DNA of 64,000 nt, from contig OZ244947.1 of assembly GCA_965222395.1 (NCBI GenBank), forward strand, positions 3,661,452-3,725,451, given 5' to 3'. The notes below the pieces were generated by a model. It was not told the DNA's origin and searched no databases. It worked only from the letters and a program-made list of their open reading frames with translations. This DNA is from Rhodospirillales bacterium. Its GTDB lineage: Bacteria > Pseudomonadota > Alphaproteobacteria > Rhodospirillales > Casp-alpha2. Shown one piece after another: positions 31,089 to 40,419 of the stretch (the stretch's first letter is position 1; every line of letters starts with the position of its first letter). Both the position numbers and the translations under genes were made by a program.

Positions 31089-32030
31089 ATGGGCGACGGG
31101 GCACCCGGCGCAGGGTTGGCATTGAGCGAAAGCGTGGCTCGCCAAGCGGCGATCAAAGGTGCCGCGATGATGGCAGCGGCGGCGTTGATCATCTCGTTGA
31201 TGCACGTGTTGGTCCGCGATCTATCGGCCGACATCCATCCGATCGTCATCGCTTTTTTCCGAAACATCGTCGGCTTTACGATGTTGATCCCGTTCCTGTT
31301 GCGCCAAGACCGAACGCATTGGAAAAGCAAACAACCCCGGCTGCAGCTTTTTCGCGGTTTCATCGGCACGTGCGCGTTGTTGAGCTGGTTTACCGCGCTC
31401 AGCCTCGTTCCGGTGGCGGATGCAACGGCGATCAGCTTCGTTACCGTGCTGTTCATCACGGTCGGCGCGGCGCTGGTTCTGAGGGAAAAGGTCGGCCCCC
31501 GGCGTTGGACGGCCATCGTCATCGGCTTTATTGGTACGCTGATTATCATTCGGCCAGGCGCAGACATTTTCGGTCCGGGTGCCTTGGTGGCACTCGCGTC
31601 GACGGTCTTTTGGGCGATATCCTTGCTATGCGTGAAGGTTCTGTCGCGGACCGATTCCAGCGTCACAATGGTATTCTACGCCAATGTCTATCTGACGATT
31701 TTTTCCTTCATCCCAGCATTGTTCTTTTGGGTTTGGCCAACGTGGGAGCAACTGGGCTTGATGGTGATCATCGGTGTGATGGCGACCATCGGCCATTTGT
31801 GGATGGCGCAATCCTTGAAAATCACGGACGCCACCGTCGTCGCGCCCGTCGATTACACGCGCCTACTTTGGACCGCCGCCGCAGGGTTTGTGGTATTCGG
31901 CGAGTTTCCGGATATCTGGACTTGGGTTGGCGGCACGATCATCTTCCTCAGCACCGTGTACATTACGTTCCGAGAGTCGCAGCAGAAGAAGGCGGCGAGG
32001 TCGAAGGCGTCGGGAGATGCCGCAACCTAG
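31089..32030 (+). CDS. DMT-superfamily (EamA-like) transporter
   Basis: It has ten hydrophobic segments in two EamA halves. The start is uncertain: ATG 31089 was chosen, while the ORF opens at 30978. Confidence 0.75.
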   Translation: MGDGAPGAGLALSESVARQAAIKGAAMMAAAALIISLMHVLVRDLSADIHPIVIAFFRNIVGFTMLIPFLLRQDRTHWKSKQPRLQLFRGFIGTCALLSWFTALSLVPVADATAISFVTVLFITVGAALVLREKVGPRRWTAIVIGFIGTLIIIRPGADIFGPGALVALASTVFWAISLLCVKVLSRTDSSVTMVFYANVYLTIFSFIPALFFWVWPTWEQLGLMVIIGVMATIGHLWMAQSLKITDATVVAPVDYTRLLWTAAAGFVVFGEFPDIWTWVGGTIIFLSTVYITFRESQQKKAARSKASGDAAT

Positions 32031-33523
32031 TCGAGGTCGAGTGGAAAAATAGGCCGCCGCAACTTGGTGAACGGCAGTTTAGTAATATCCTTGCTGGATA
32101 GGGCGCCGGCGTCGCAGATCAGTACGGCGCGAGCAATCGGCTCGAAGGCGGCACGAAAGTGCTGCATCGATTTGACCACGACGACGCTCTTTATTGCGGG
32201 ATCGATCGCGGCATGTGTGAAGGCCTCGATTTCGGTCAACTGCAATCGGTTCGATGCAACGACGATATCCATGCCGCCGACGCGCACAACCGCCGTCGGT
32301 CCCAGATGATGCGTCACGCCCCGCCAGCGCGGCCCTAATGCGACATATGTCCCGTCCGTCACGGCTTGGACCGTGCCGGTGATCGTGATCGGTGGCCCGA
32401 AATTCGGGTCGATCTTGCCGCCCAGTTCCAACGTCATCTGTTCGCCGACGCCGGCGTCAACTAACTGCTTCGCCGCATCGGCATCACAGATCGTGCCGAA
32501 ACACGCATCGTCAATTCCGGCATCCAGTAACCCGTTTAGCAGAAAGGTTGAGTCGCCATAGGCGCCGGATCCGGGGTTGTCCGAGAAGTCCGCGACAACG
32601 ATCGGCCCGTCACCGGGACTTCTCCGGAGTCGATTAATCTCTGCGACCGTCTGGGCCACGTCGAGGTAGGTATTGGAATCGAAATGCCGTGTCTCCCACG
32701 CGAAGTCCATGAAGTCTTCAGCGATTGCAAGGAGCTCGGGATCGCGGCCATTGCCAGTGACCGTGACGCTCGGCCCGGCTTCTGCAAGGTCGGCCGGCGT
32801 GAACCCGGCATGCAGGCTGATGAGTTCGATACCGTCGGTCCCCTCCAGCTCTTCGGCACGGGACAACGCCTGGGTCATTGGGTTGTCCGTTGTCGTGCGA
32901 CCATCGTCGAGGCCTTCGATCATGGCACGACGCGCCGTCACAGCTTTGGGCGCAATATCCCCTCGCATTGCACGGTCGAGGATGGCCGCCGCTCGATGCG
33001 CTGTTTCAACTTGATCGATGTGGGGGTAGGTCCGATAGGCACAGACGATGTTAGCATGCCGTGTCATGGTCTCGGTGACATTGGCGTGCAGATCCAACGT
33101 GACGGCGACGGGGATGTCGGGTCCGATAATCTTGCGGAGTTGCGCCAACAGTTCGCCTTCGGCGTCGTCGTGATCGACGCTCGCCATCGCCCCGTGCAAG
33201 TTGAGCAGCACGCCGTCGTATGGTCCCTGTGTGTGGGCCGCATCTAGAATCGCACCTGTGCAGACATCCCAGGCCTCGCGGTCGACCGGTCCTGACGGCG
33301 TTGCCCAGGCGACAACCGAACGGACCAATTCCCAGCCGTGATTGACGGCGGCTTCTTCGACGCCGGTCGGCTCGATCCTGGCGCCGTCGATGGCCGCCGG
33401 AATGTCGTCGCTGAATGCCAGCAGATAATCTTCGAAGTTCGCCCGCGTCGTCGGCAGTTTCGAAAAGGCGTTGCTTTCGTGGCCGAAAAGGCCGGTAAGA
33501 ACTTTGAAGCTCATGTTGTCCAT
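32027..33523 (-). CDS. M81-family (MlrC-like, DUF1485) metallopeptidase, copy 1
   Basis: 498 aa with MlrC-like blocks: GLFGHESNAFS, GVLLNLHGAM, YRTYPHID, VADFSDNPGSGAYGDST and VVKSMQHFRAAF. Confidence 0.8.
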   Translation of the reverse strand: MDNMSFKVLTGLFGHESNAFSKLPTTRANFEDYLLAFSDDIPAAIDGARIEPTGVEEAAVNHGWELVRSVVAWATPSGPVDREAWDVCTGAILDAAHTQGPYDGVLLNLHGAMASVDHDDAEGELLAQLRKIIGPDIPVAVTLDLHANVTETMTRHANIVCAYRTYPHIDQVETAHRAAAILDRAMRGDIAPKAVTARRAMIEGLDDGRTTTDNPMTQALSRAEELEGTDGIELISLHAGFTPADLAEAGPSVTVTGNGRDPELLAIAEDFMDFAWETRHFDSNTYLDVAQTVAEINRLRRSPGDGPIVVADFSDNPGSGAYGDSTFLLNGLLDAGIDDACFGTICDADAAKQLVDAGVGEQMTLELGGKIDPNFGPPITITGTVQAVTDGTYVALGPRWRGVTHHLGPTAVVRVGGMDIVVASNRLQLTEIEAFTHAAIDPAIKSVVVVKSMQHFRAAFEPIARAVLICDAGALSSKDITKLPFTKLRRPIFPLDLD

Positions 33524-34875
33524 TCCGGATCATGCGTGCCGAGGGGGACGGGGGGTGTCTTCCAGTGCGGCGGTGTTTCCGACATCTGGACAGTGGGGCC
33601 CAAATGCGTGACGGTGCCGAAAGGGCTCTCGGTCCGAAGCATGATGTCGCTCAAGTCGTCGTTTCCGTCGTCACTAGGTGTTGCGCGGCCGAAATCGTCG
33701 ATCCAATTCCGTGTTTGCAAGAGGCTTAGGCGCACCAGCCAGGATCCTCCCTCCGTCGCACGGCGGCGAAGCGCTTCCATGACGCCGAATGCGCCCAGGT
33801 ATCCGCTGGCGTAGTCGATGGCCTGAACCGGAAGAAGCGCCGGCGTGTCGTCGCCGCCATGTTCCGCCGCCCATCCGGTTGCGCACTGTAAAAGGCTATC
33901 GTATCCGCGTCGCATCGCCCACGGGCCGACGTGACCCCACGCGGAAAGAGACACATAGACCATGCCGGGAAACTCTCGGGCGATGTCGTCTGGACCGAAC
34001 CCGCGTGCCGCAAGACTGCCTTGTCGATATCCGTTTACGATGACATCGGCGTCGTTGATTAGCCGGCGAAGCTGTTCCCGGCCATTCTTGGTCTCGAGGT
34101 CGATGTGCGCCGAGCGTTTGCCGTAACCCGTGTCGATCACAAGCTCGGGAATAAAGGGCAACTTGGGGGATGCAATGCGCAATACCTCGGCCCCATGTTC
34201 GGCCAGGGTCCGGCCGATCATCGGGCCGGCGATTATCCGCGTCAGATCGAGGACGCGAATACCACCCAGCGGTCGCTCGTGCTTGCTCATCGGAAACGTG
34301 GCTGCGTCGCCGATTTTCAAGATTTCAAGCGGCGGCAACGTTCGGCCGGTCGTGGCATGCGGGTGGACATCCCATTCTTCGATGCTCCTTACCATGTAGG
34401 CGCATCCGCCGGCCTCCAATGTTGCGTCTTCCAGATTTTGGGCGGACCATTCCGAGGCAGATTTGCCGACGGCATCTTTGTCGGCGGGGCAGTTCAACAC
34501 TCTCAGCAACGCAGCTTCATGGTGGGGAAAATTACAGTGCGTTCTGATCCAGCGACCATCTCCGCAGCGATAAAATCCCGACATGCCGCGAAATGAGTCG
34601 CGGGCCGGTTCGCCCTCGACGCCCATGTAGGAATATGTTCGCACGGCCGCAGCGGCATGGCGCATATCGATGTTGATCGATTGTGGCCGGCCCCCACGAT
34701 GTTGCCACACGGCGTCGGCCGCTGTCGCGGCCGCGCCAAGGGCGACAGCGCCGGCGGACGAGAGCCTCAACGAGGCATTCAACGTTCGGGGCGTCCCTTT
34801 GAAAGCGACACCGGAACCGGTAGGGCATCCAACGCTACCCCGCAATTCATTCAACGCCGTGTCGAGGTTGGTCAT
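33511..34875 (-). CDS. Family III (CaiB/BaiF-type) CoA-transferase with atypical domain order
   Basis: The PLGGIRVLDLTRIIAGP Rossmann start lies at aa 202-217 instead of the N-terminus. The catalytic-Asp block RRGYDSLLQCATGW and the C-terminal SETPP...PLGTHDPEW block are present. The first ~200 aa resemble the C-terminal half of the family. Confidence 0.8.
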   Translation of the reverse strand: MTNLDTALNELRGSVGCPTGSGVAFKGTPRTLNASLRLSSAGAVALGAAATAADAVWQHRGGRPQSINIDMRHAAAAVRTYSYMGVEGEPARDSFRGMSGFYRCGDGRWIRTHCNFPHHEAALLRVLNCPADKDAVGKSASEWSAQNLEDATLEAGGCAYMVRSIEEWDVHPHATTGRTLPPLEILKIGDAATFPMSKHERPLGGIRVLDLTRIIAGPMIGRTLAEHGAEVLRIASPKLPFIPELVIDTGYGKRSAHIDLETKNGREQLRRLINDADVIVNGYRQGSLAARGFGPDDIAREFPGMVYVSLSAWGHVGPWAMRRGYDSLLQCATGWAAEHGGDDTPALLPVQAIDYASGYLGAFGVMEALRRRATEGGSWLVRLSLLQTRNWIDDFGRATPSDDGNDDLSDIMLRTESPFGTVTHLGPTVQMSETPPHWKTPPVPLGTHDPEWTT

Positions 34876-35696
34876 GATCCGCCATCCCGGTCTGCACCGA
34901 TTAACGCGCCAGATATCGCATCGGCAGTGTCGATTGCCAATCGACCCAACTTCTTTCGCGCTTCGGCCATGGTCCAGTTCGGCATATAGGTCGGAAGCTG
35001 CACGGCAGCGACCGGCGCGCCTGTATAGTCGACTATCGGTGCCGCGACGGAGATCTCACGAACGGTAAGCTGATCATGAGTGATGGCGAAACCGCGTTTT
35101 CGTGCCATCGCCACATGTTTCATGATCTCGTCGATATCCGTCATCGTGCTGTTGAGGATTTTCTTTCTGCGAACCTTGCTGACAATCTCATGTGCATCGG
35201 TCTCGGGAAGACGCGACAGGTACGCCAAGCCGGGAGCTGTGCAATACATCGGAATGCGCCGTCCCGGCACGGTGGCGACATACGCGGTCGTTTGATGCGG
35301 AATGCGGACGGTATAGATCATTTCCCTGCCGTCGGGCTCGGCTAGATTGACCGTCGTGTTGTAAGTGTCGCCGGCGGCAATCAGTCGGGGCATGGCGGCA
35401 GCGGATAGATCGTTGTGCCGAAGATAGGCGAAAGCAAACTCCATCAGCCGGAGGCCGGGACGGTATCGCCGCGTTACAGGATCCTTCTCAAGGTAACCCA
35501 ACTGGTGAAGCGTGTTGGAAAAGCGTTGCGCTGCGCTTTTGTCCAAACCAGTCCGCTGTGCGATCTCGGTGATTCCAAGTTCGGCATGCGTCTCGCCAAA
35601 CGCATGAAGCACACGAAACCCTTTTTCCAGTGACCCGACGAACAAAGGGCCTGATTTCTGGATACCGTCAGATCGATTTCGTTTTTGTGCTGCCAC
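34872..35696 (-). CDS. IclR-family transcriptional regulator
   Basis: It has the N-terminal wHTH SLEKGFRVLHAF....LGITEIAQRTGLDKSAAQRFSNTLHQLGYL and a C-terminal IclR effector domain. Confidence 0.85.
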   Translation of the reverse strand: MAAQKRNRSDGIQKSGPLFVGSLEKGFRVLHAFGETHAELGITEIAQRTGLDKSAAQRFSNTLHQLGYLEKDPVTRRYRPGLRLMEFAFAYLRHNDLSAAAMPRLIAAGDTYNTTVNLAEPDGREMIYTVRIPHQTTAYVATVPGRRIPMYCTAPGLAYLSRLPETDAHEIVSKVRRKKILNSTMTDIDEIMKHVAMARKRGFAITHDQLTVREISVAAPIVDYTGAPVAAVQLPTYMPNWTMAEARKKLGRLAIDTADAISGALIGADRDGGS

Positions 35697-35727
35697 TTGA
35701 CGATCAATACGATTTGTTTCTAACCTG

Positions 35728-35756
35728 ATTAAATAACGCTACGCTGTATTAAATAA
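35728..35756. promoter_or_regulatory. Two ATTAAATAA direct repeats spaced 20 bp apart (candidate IclR/operator or UP-like element)
   Basis: ATTAAATAA occurs at 35728-35736 and 35748-35756, in the AT-rich part of the 246-bp divergent region between iclR and the ABC binding-protein gene. Confidence 0.3.
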
Positions 35757-35942
35757 TAATTCAATCAATAAGGCGGTGCGACGAGACTTCGAAGGGGGAT
35801 GTTCCGAGGATGAAGACGGCGAAGACGTTCAGGGATGGACTCTGGAACGGAATCGACGAACAATTCTTGCAACTGGGGTGTAGCATGCACCCCCGCGGCT
35901 GGCATGCGGAATGTCAGATTTAATCAGGGAGGTGCGAGCAAA

Positions 35943-37481
35943 ATGATTCGCAAGTTGATAGCAACGACCGCGTTTGCGGTGGCGGCGACGTTAGTGGCTG
36001 CCCCGCAAGCAATCGCGGGTAAGGCCAATGATACATTGGTCTGGACGACAGATCGCGAAAATGCGGTCGCCGACCCGTATTACAACAACACTCGTGAACT
36101 GGTGATTATCGGGAATACGGTTTGGGACGGCCTTTTGTTCCGAGACCTCGACACCGGCGAGTTTAAGCCCTTGTTGGCAAAATCGTTCAACTGGGTCGAC
36201 AACGTCACCATCGACTTTGAGTTGCGTGACGATGTGAAGTTCCACGACGGCTCGTCGTTCGGCCCCGAAGACGTGATCTACACCGTCAAGCATGTGTCGA
36301 ACAAAGACAACGGCGTTCTGACGTACCGGAATGTGAGTTGGATGAAAGATGCGGAGAAGACCGGCGACAACAGTGTCCGTATTCATCTGCACAAGCCCTT
36401 CCCAGCGGCGCTGGCTTATTTCGCGCAAGCTGTCTTCATGATGCCGGAAGGCCACTACGACAGTGCGCCCATGACGGCTGAGGGCAAAAAAGACCACGGC
36501 GCCGTGAAGCCTGTCGGCACCGGTCCGTACATGATCACCGAAGTCGTGCCCGGCGAAAAAATCGTTATGAAGAAGTACGATGGTTACATGCAGAACGGTC
36601 CGAAAGGGCAGCCCGCAATCGGCAACCTCGTGTTCCGTACGATCAAAGAAGGCAACACGCAGATCGCGGAATTGCTGACGGGTGCCATCGACTGGATGTG
36701 GGATGTACCGAAAGATCAGGCGGAGCGGATGGCGGCATCCGGCGACGTCACGGTCGAGAATGCAAAAACCATGCGCGTCTCGTACATGGCGTTCGATGTC
36801 GACGGCGACTCCGGACAGACGTTCTTTACCGACAAGCGGGTGCGCGCCGCCGTCGCTCATGCGATTAACCGCCAGAGCATTGTCGAGAACTTGGTCGGCC
36901 CCGCGTCCGTCGTCATTCCGTCGGCTTGCCATCCGGATCAATTCGGTTGTGCCCAGGACGTGCCGACATGGGACTACGATCCGGAGAAAGCCAAGGCGCT
37001 ATTGGCCGAAGCCGGTTACCCGAACGGGTTCGAGTTCGACATCTACGCCTATCGGCAGCGGGAGTTTACCGAGGCCGTCATCTCCGATCTGGCGAAAGTC
37101 GGCGTTAAAGCCAAGCTCAGCTACATGCAGTATCGCAAATTGCGTGACTTGGTATGGAAAGGTACGACACCGATCAACCATATGACGTGGGGGTCCAACT
37201 CGATCCCGGACGTGTCCGCAATTACCAGCCACTTCTTCTCGGGCGGTCGTGACGATCCTGCGAAGGATCCGGAAGTTATCGCTGCGCTCGAAGTGGCGGA
37301 TACCTCCACCGATCCGAAGGTCCGCGAAGAGCATTACAAAAAAGCTCTGACGAAGATTTCGGCAGAGCTGTATTGGCTGCCGATGTTCACGTACGCCAAG
37401 TACTATGCCTTCAACAAGGACCTCGACTTCAAAACCACGCCGGATGAAATTCCGCGCTTCTATACGGCGAAGTGGAAGTAA
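35943..37481 (+). CDS. ABC transporter substrate-binding protein, family 5 (peptide/nickel/opine type)
   Basis: ATG at 35943 follows CAGGGAGG. It has a signal peptide (LIATTAFAVAATLVAAPQAIAG) and SBP_bac_5-like blocks (VKFHDGS.FGPEDV, GTGPYM). Confidence 0.85.
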   Translation: MIRKLIATTAFAVAATLVAAPQAIAGKANDTLVWTTDRENAVADPYYNNTRELVIIGNTVWDGLLFRDLDTGEFKPLLAKSFNWVDNVTIDFELRDDVKFHDGSSFGPEDVIYTVKHVSNKDNGVLTYRNVSWMKDAEKTGDNSVRIHLHKPFPAALAYFAQAVFMMPEGHYDSAPMTAEGKKDHGAVKPVGTGPYMITEVVPGEKIVMKKYDGYMQNGPKGQPAIGNLVFRTIKEGNTQIAELLTGAIDWMWDVPKDQAERMAASGDVTVENAKTMRVSYMAFDVDGDSGQTFFTDKRVRAAVAHAINRQSIVENLVGPASVVIPSACHPDQFGCAQDVPTWDYDPEKAKALLAEAGYPNGFEFDIYAYRQREFTEAVISDLAKVGVKAKLSYMQYRKLRDLVWKGTTPINHMTWGSNSIPDVSAITSHFFSGGRDDPAKDPEVIAALEVADTSTDPKVREEHYKKALTKISAELYWLPMFTYAKYYAFNKDLDFKTTPDEIPRFYTAKWK

Positions 37482-37499
37482 GTCGGCAGTGCATTACAG

Positions 37500-37523
37500 C
37501 CCGGTGGCCTTCGGGCCATCGGG
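37500..37523 (+). other. Intercistronic stem-loop after the binding-protein gene
   Basis: CCCGGTGGCC-ttcg-GGCCATCGGG forms a 10-bp stem with one G.U pair and a UUCG loop, 19 nt after the SBP stop and 40 nt before the permease ATG. No clear U-tract follows. Confidence 0.4.
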
Positions 37524-37563
37524 TTGGTGCATTTCAATTTCGGCCTGAGGGGAGCGCCGTCAC

Positions 37564-38481
37564 ATGTTGAAGTTCGCGATACGCCGTCTCGGTGTGGCCA
37601 TTTTGGTGGCCCTGACGGTGTCATTGCTGACCTTCTCGATGATTTATTTGTCGGGAGATCCGGCCATGGCGTTGGCGGGGGAAACCGCGACCCAGGCGGA
37701 TATCGAGAACATTCGGCGGGTTTACGGTTATGACCAGCCGATCATCATTCAGTATATCGATTGGCTTGTGGCTGCCGTCCAAGGCGACTTGGGCCGTTCC
37801 CACTACCTGAAGACCGATGTTTCGGAGGTCATCTTCGCGCGCCTGCCGAACACGATGATCTTGGGCGCGACGGCGATTACCTTCGCGTTGGTTTTGGCGA
37901 TCCCGCTCGGTGTCGTCGCGGCAATCCGGCCGAATTCGTTGATTGATCGGATAGCACTGACCATTGCCGTCGTCGGCCAGGCGTTGCCAAGCTTCTGGTT
38001 TGCGCTCCTCCTCATTTTATTGTTCGGCATCACGCTTCGCTGGTTGCCGATTACCGGTACCGACAGTTGGATGAACTTCATCATGCCGGCGATTGCGCTC
38101 GGCTACTATGTGACACCGGGCGTTATGCGTTTGACGCGGGCGGGGATGCTCGAAGTCCTCGGCTCGGACTACATCCGTACCGCCAAGGCAAAGGGTCTGC
38201 GACCGATGTCCGTGCTGTTCAAGCATGCGCTACGGAACGCGATTATTCCGGTGGTTTCCCTGGCAACGGTGCAGTTCGGATTTATGCTCGGTGGGTCGAT
38301 TGTCATCGAGACGATTTTCGCGATCAACGGGTTGGGTTTCTTGGCATGGGAATCCATCCAGCGAGCCGATTTGCCGATGATGCAGGCCATCGTTCTGGTG
38401 CTTAGCTGTATCTATATCGTTTTGACGTTCTTGGCGGATATGTTGAATGCTTATCTCGATCCACGGATACGGGTGACCTGA
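37564..38481 (+). CDS. ABC transporter permease (DppB/OppB-like)
   Basis: It has six hydrophobic helices, the N-terminal MLKFAIRRL start typical of DppB/OppB, and the EAA-like loop YIRTAKAKGL. Confidence 0.85.
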   Translation: MLKFAIRRLGVAILVALTVSLLTFSMIYLSGDPAMALAGETATQADIENIRRVYGYDQPIIIQYIDWLVAAVQGDLGRSHYLKTDVSEVIFARLPNTMILGATAITFALVLAIPLGVVAAIRPNSLIDRIALTIAVVGQALPSFWFALLLILLFGITLRWLPITGTDSWMNFIMPAIALGYYVTPGVMRLTRAGMLEVLGSDYIRTAKAKGLRPMSVLFKHALRNAIIPVVSLATVQFGFMLGGSIVIETIFAINGLGFLAWESIQRADLPMMQAIVLVLSCIYIVLTFLADMLNAYLDPRIRVT

Positions 38482-38482
38482 T

Positions 38483-39415
38483 ATGCCCCAGGATTCCTCA
38501 ACCATCGCCACGCCGCGTGGCATGAAGACCGCAGAGCAGATTCTTGAGCCGTCGCCGATGGCACAATTGCGCCGACGGATGCTCGGGCATTACGGGATCA
38601 TCATCGGCGGCGCCGTTCTAATGACGATCTTTGCGATGGCCTTGTTTGCGCCGTGGCTGACCGCATACGACCCGATCCTCGATCAGGACTTGGGCAACAA
38701 ACTGGTGCCGCCATTTTGGCACGACAGCCCCAAAGTTAATCCTGACCACGTGCTGGGCACGGATCTACAGGGACGTGACTACCTGACAAGATTGGTGCAC
38801 GGCGCGCAGATATCCTTGCTGATCGGGTTTTCGGCCATGCTGATTTCCGGTGTCATCGGAACCGCGCTTGGCGTCGCCGCCGGCTATTTCGGTGGTCGTG
38901 TCGACATGGTCGTGAACTACATCATCACGGTGCGTCTATCGCTTCCCGTTATCTTGGTCGCACTGGCAGTGGTGTCTTTAATCGGATCGTCGTTGTGGAT
39001 TGTGATTTGGGTGTTGGGTTTGCTGATCTGGGATCGCTTCGCCGTCGTGATGCGAAGTACCACGATGCAGATACGGTCGCTGGACTATGTTGCCGCAGCG
39101 CAAGCGATCGGCTGTTCGCGGCTTCGGATCATCATGACCGAAATCATGCCGAACATTATGAACCAGTTGATTGTTGTTGCGACGTTGGAAATGGCGCACG
39201 CGATTTTGCTGGAAGCTGCATTGTCGTTTTTGGGGTTAGGCGTGCAGCCGCCGGCACCTAGTTGGGGCCTGATGATTTCCGAAGGTCGCGGCATGATCTT
39301 GTTCGAACCTTGGTTGATCGCAATACCGGGGACAGCCCTTTTTGCCCTCATCCTTGCAATTAACTTGCTGGGTGATGGAATTCGCGATGTCACGGCGCCG
39401 GAGAACAGAAATTGA
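38483..39415 (+). CDS. ABC transporter permease (DppC/OppC-like)
   Basis: DppC-like blocks are present: HVLGTDLQGRDYLTRLVHGAQISL and YVAAAQAIGCSRLRII. Confidence 0.85.
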   Translation: MPQDSSTIATPRGMKTAEQILEPSPMAQLRRRMLGHYGIIIGGAVLMTIFAMALFAPWLTAYDPILDQDLGNKLVPPFWHDSPKVNPDHVLGTDLQGRDYLTRLVHGAQISLLIGFSAMLISGVIGTALGVAAGYFGGRVDMVVNYIITVRLSLPVILVALAVVSLIGSSLWIVIWVLGLLIWDRFAVVMRSTTMQIRSLDYVAAAQAIGCSRLRIIMTEIMPNIMNQLIVVATLEMAHAILLEAALSFLGLGVQPPAPSWGLMISEGRGMILFEPWLIAIPGTALFALILAINLLGDGIRDVTAPENRN

Positions 39416-40419
39416 GCGCAATCCTCGAAGTCGAAAAACTCAGCATCGATATTCCGGTGGCCGCGGGCATGCTGCATCCAGTGCAGCATCTGGATTTCTC
39501 CGTTGGTCGTGGGGAGACGCTCTGCATCGTCGGCGAGTCGGGCTGTGGAAAGTCGCTGACGTCCCTGGCCCTGATGGATTTGCTGCCGTCGAAAGCAAAA
39601 AGAACTGCGGCCAAATTGGCGTTAGACGGCGAAGATCTGATGGCTGTCGACGACAGTCGGATGTCCGACATCCGGGGCAGCAAGATGGCAATGATCTTCC
39701 AAGAGCCCATGACATCTTTGAACCCGGCCTACACCATCGGCAATCAGTTGATGGAGGCCTTGCTGCGGCATCGGCAGGTGACGCGCCAGGAAGCCCGCGA
39801 CCGGGCGATTTTTCTATTGGAGAAAGTCGGTATTACGGCGGCGGAAAGTCGACTGACGCAATACCCGCATCAGCTCTCCGGTGGTCTGCGGCAGCGGGTC
39901 ATGATTGCCATGGGATTGATGTGCGGTCCCGAACTGATCATTGCGGACGAACCGACCACAGCACTCGATGTGACCATTCAGGCGCAAATTTTGTTGCTGC
40001 TCGCGGATCTGCAAAAAGAGTTCAACATGGGGATGATTCTTATCACCCATGATCTTGGCGTCGTTGCCCGCGTCGCCGACCGCGTGGCCGTGATGTATGC
40101 CGGCGAGATAGTCGAAACCGGTACGGCGGCGCAGGTGTTCAACGCACCGACGCATCCCTACACACAAGGACTGCTCGAGTGTATTCCTATTCCGGGCAAG
40201 ACCGAACGGGGATCACCTTTGGGGTCAATCCCCGGCATCGTGCCGTCATTGGTCGGTGACTTGCCTGGCTGTCATTTTGCCGAACGGTGTGTGTACGCAT
40301 CCGATGCGTGCGCGCATGGGTCTATTGATCTGCAGCCCGCGCGCGAGGACGGTCACGTGTATCGTTGCGTCCTAAGCCCCGATCAGTGCGCCGCGAACTA
40401 TCAAAAAGGGGCCGCCTGA
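39412..40419 (+). CDS. ABC transporter ATP-binding protein (DppD/OppD-like)
   Basis: It has Walker A GESGCGKS, the signature LSGGLRQR, Walker B LIIADEPTTALD and an oligopeptide-type C-terminal extension. The apparent TTG start at 39412 overlaps the permease stop. Confidence 0.9.
   Translation: MSAILEVEKLSIDIPVAAGMLHPVQHLDFSVGRGETLCIVGESGCGKSLTSLALMDLLPSKAKRTAAKLALDGEDLMAVDDSRMSDIRGSKMAMIFQEPMTSLNPAYTIGNQLMEALLRHRQVTRQEARDRAIFLLEKVGITAAESRLTQYPHQLSGGLRQRVMIAMGLMCGPELIIADEPTTALDVTIQAQILLLLADLQKEFNMGMILITHDLGVVARVADRVAVMYAGEIVETGTAAQVFNAPTHPYTQGLLECIPIPGKTERGSPLGSIPGIVPSLVGDLPGCHFAERCVYASDACAHGSIDLQPAREDGHVYRCVLSPDQCAANYQKGAA

Noticed and set aside
35991-36941. Long antisense or alternative-frame ORFs inside the SBP, M20, addA, addB and FGE genes (35991-36941, 42682-43602, 54630-55748, 57888-58700, 15034-15762)
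   Set aside because: The reasoning is the same: each lies opposite a gene with strong family motifs and has no motif or plausible start context of its own.
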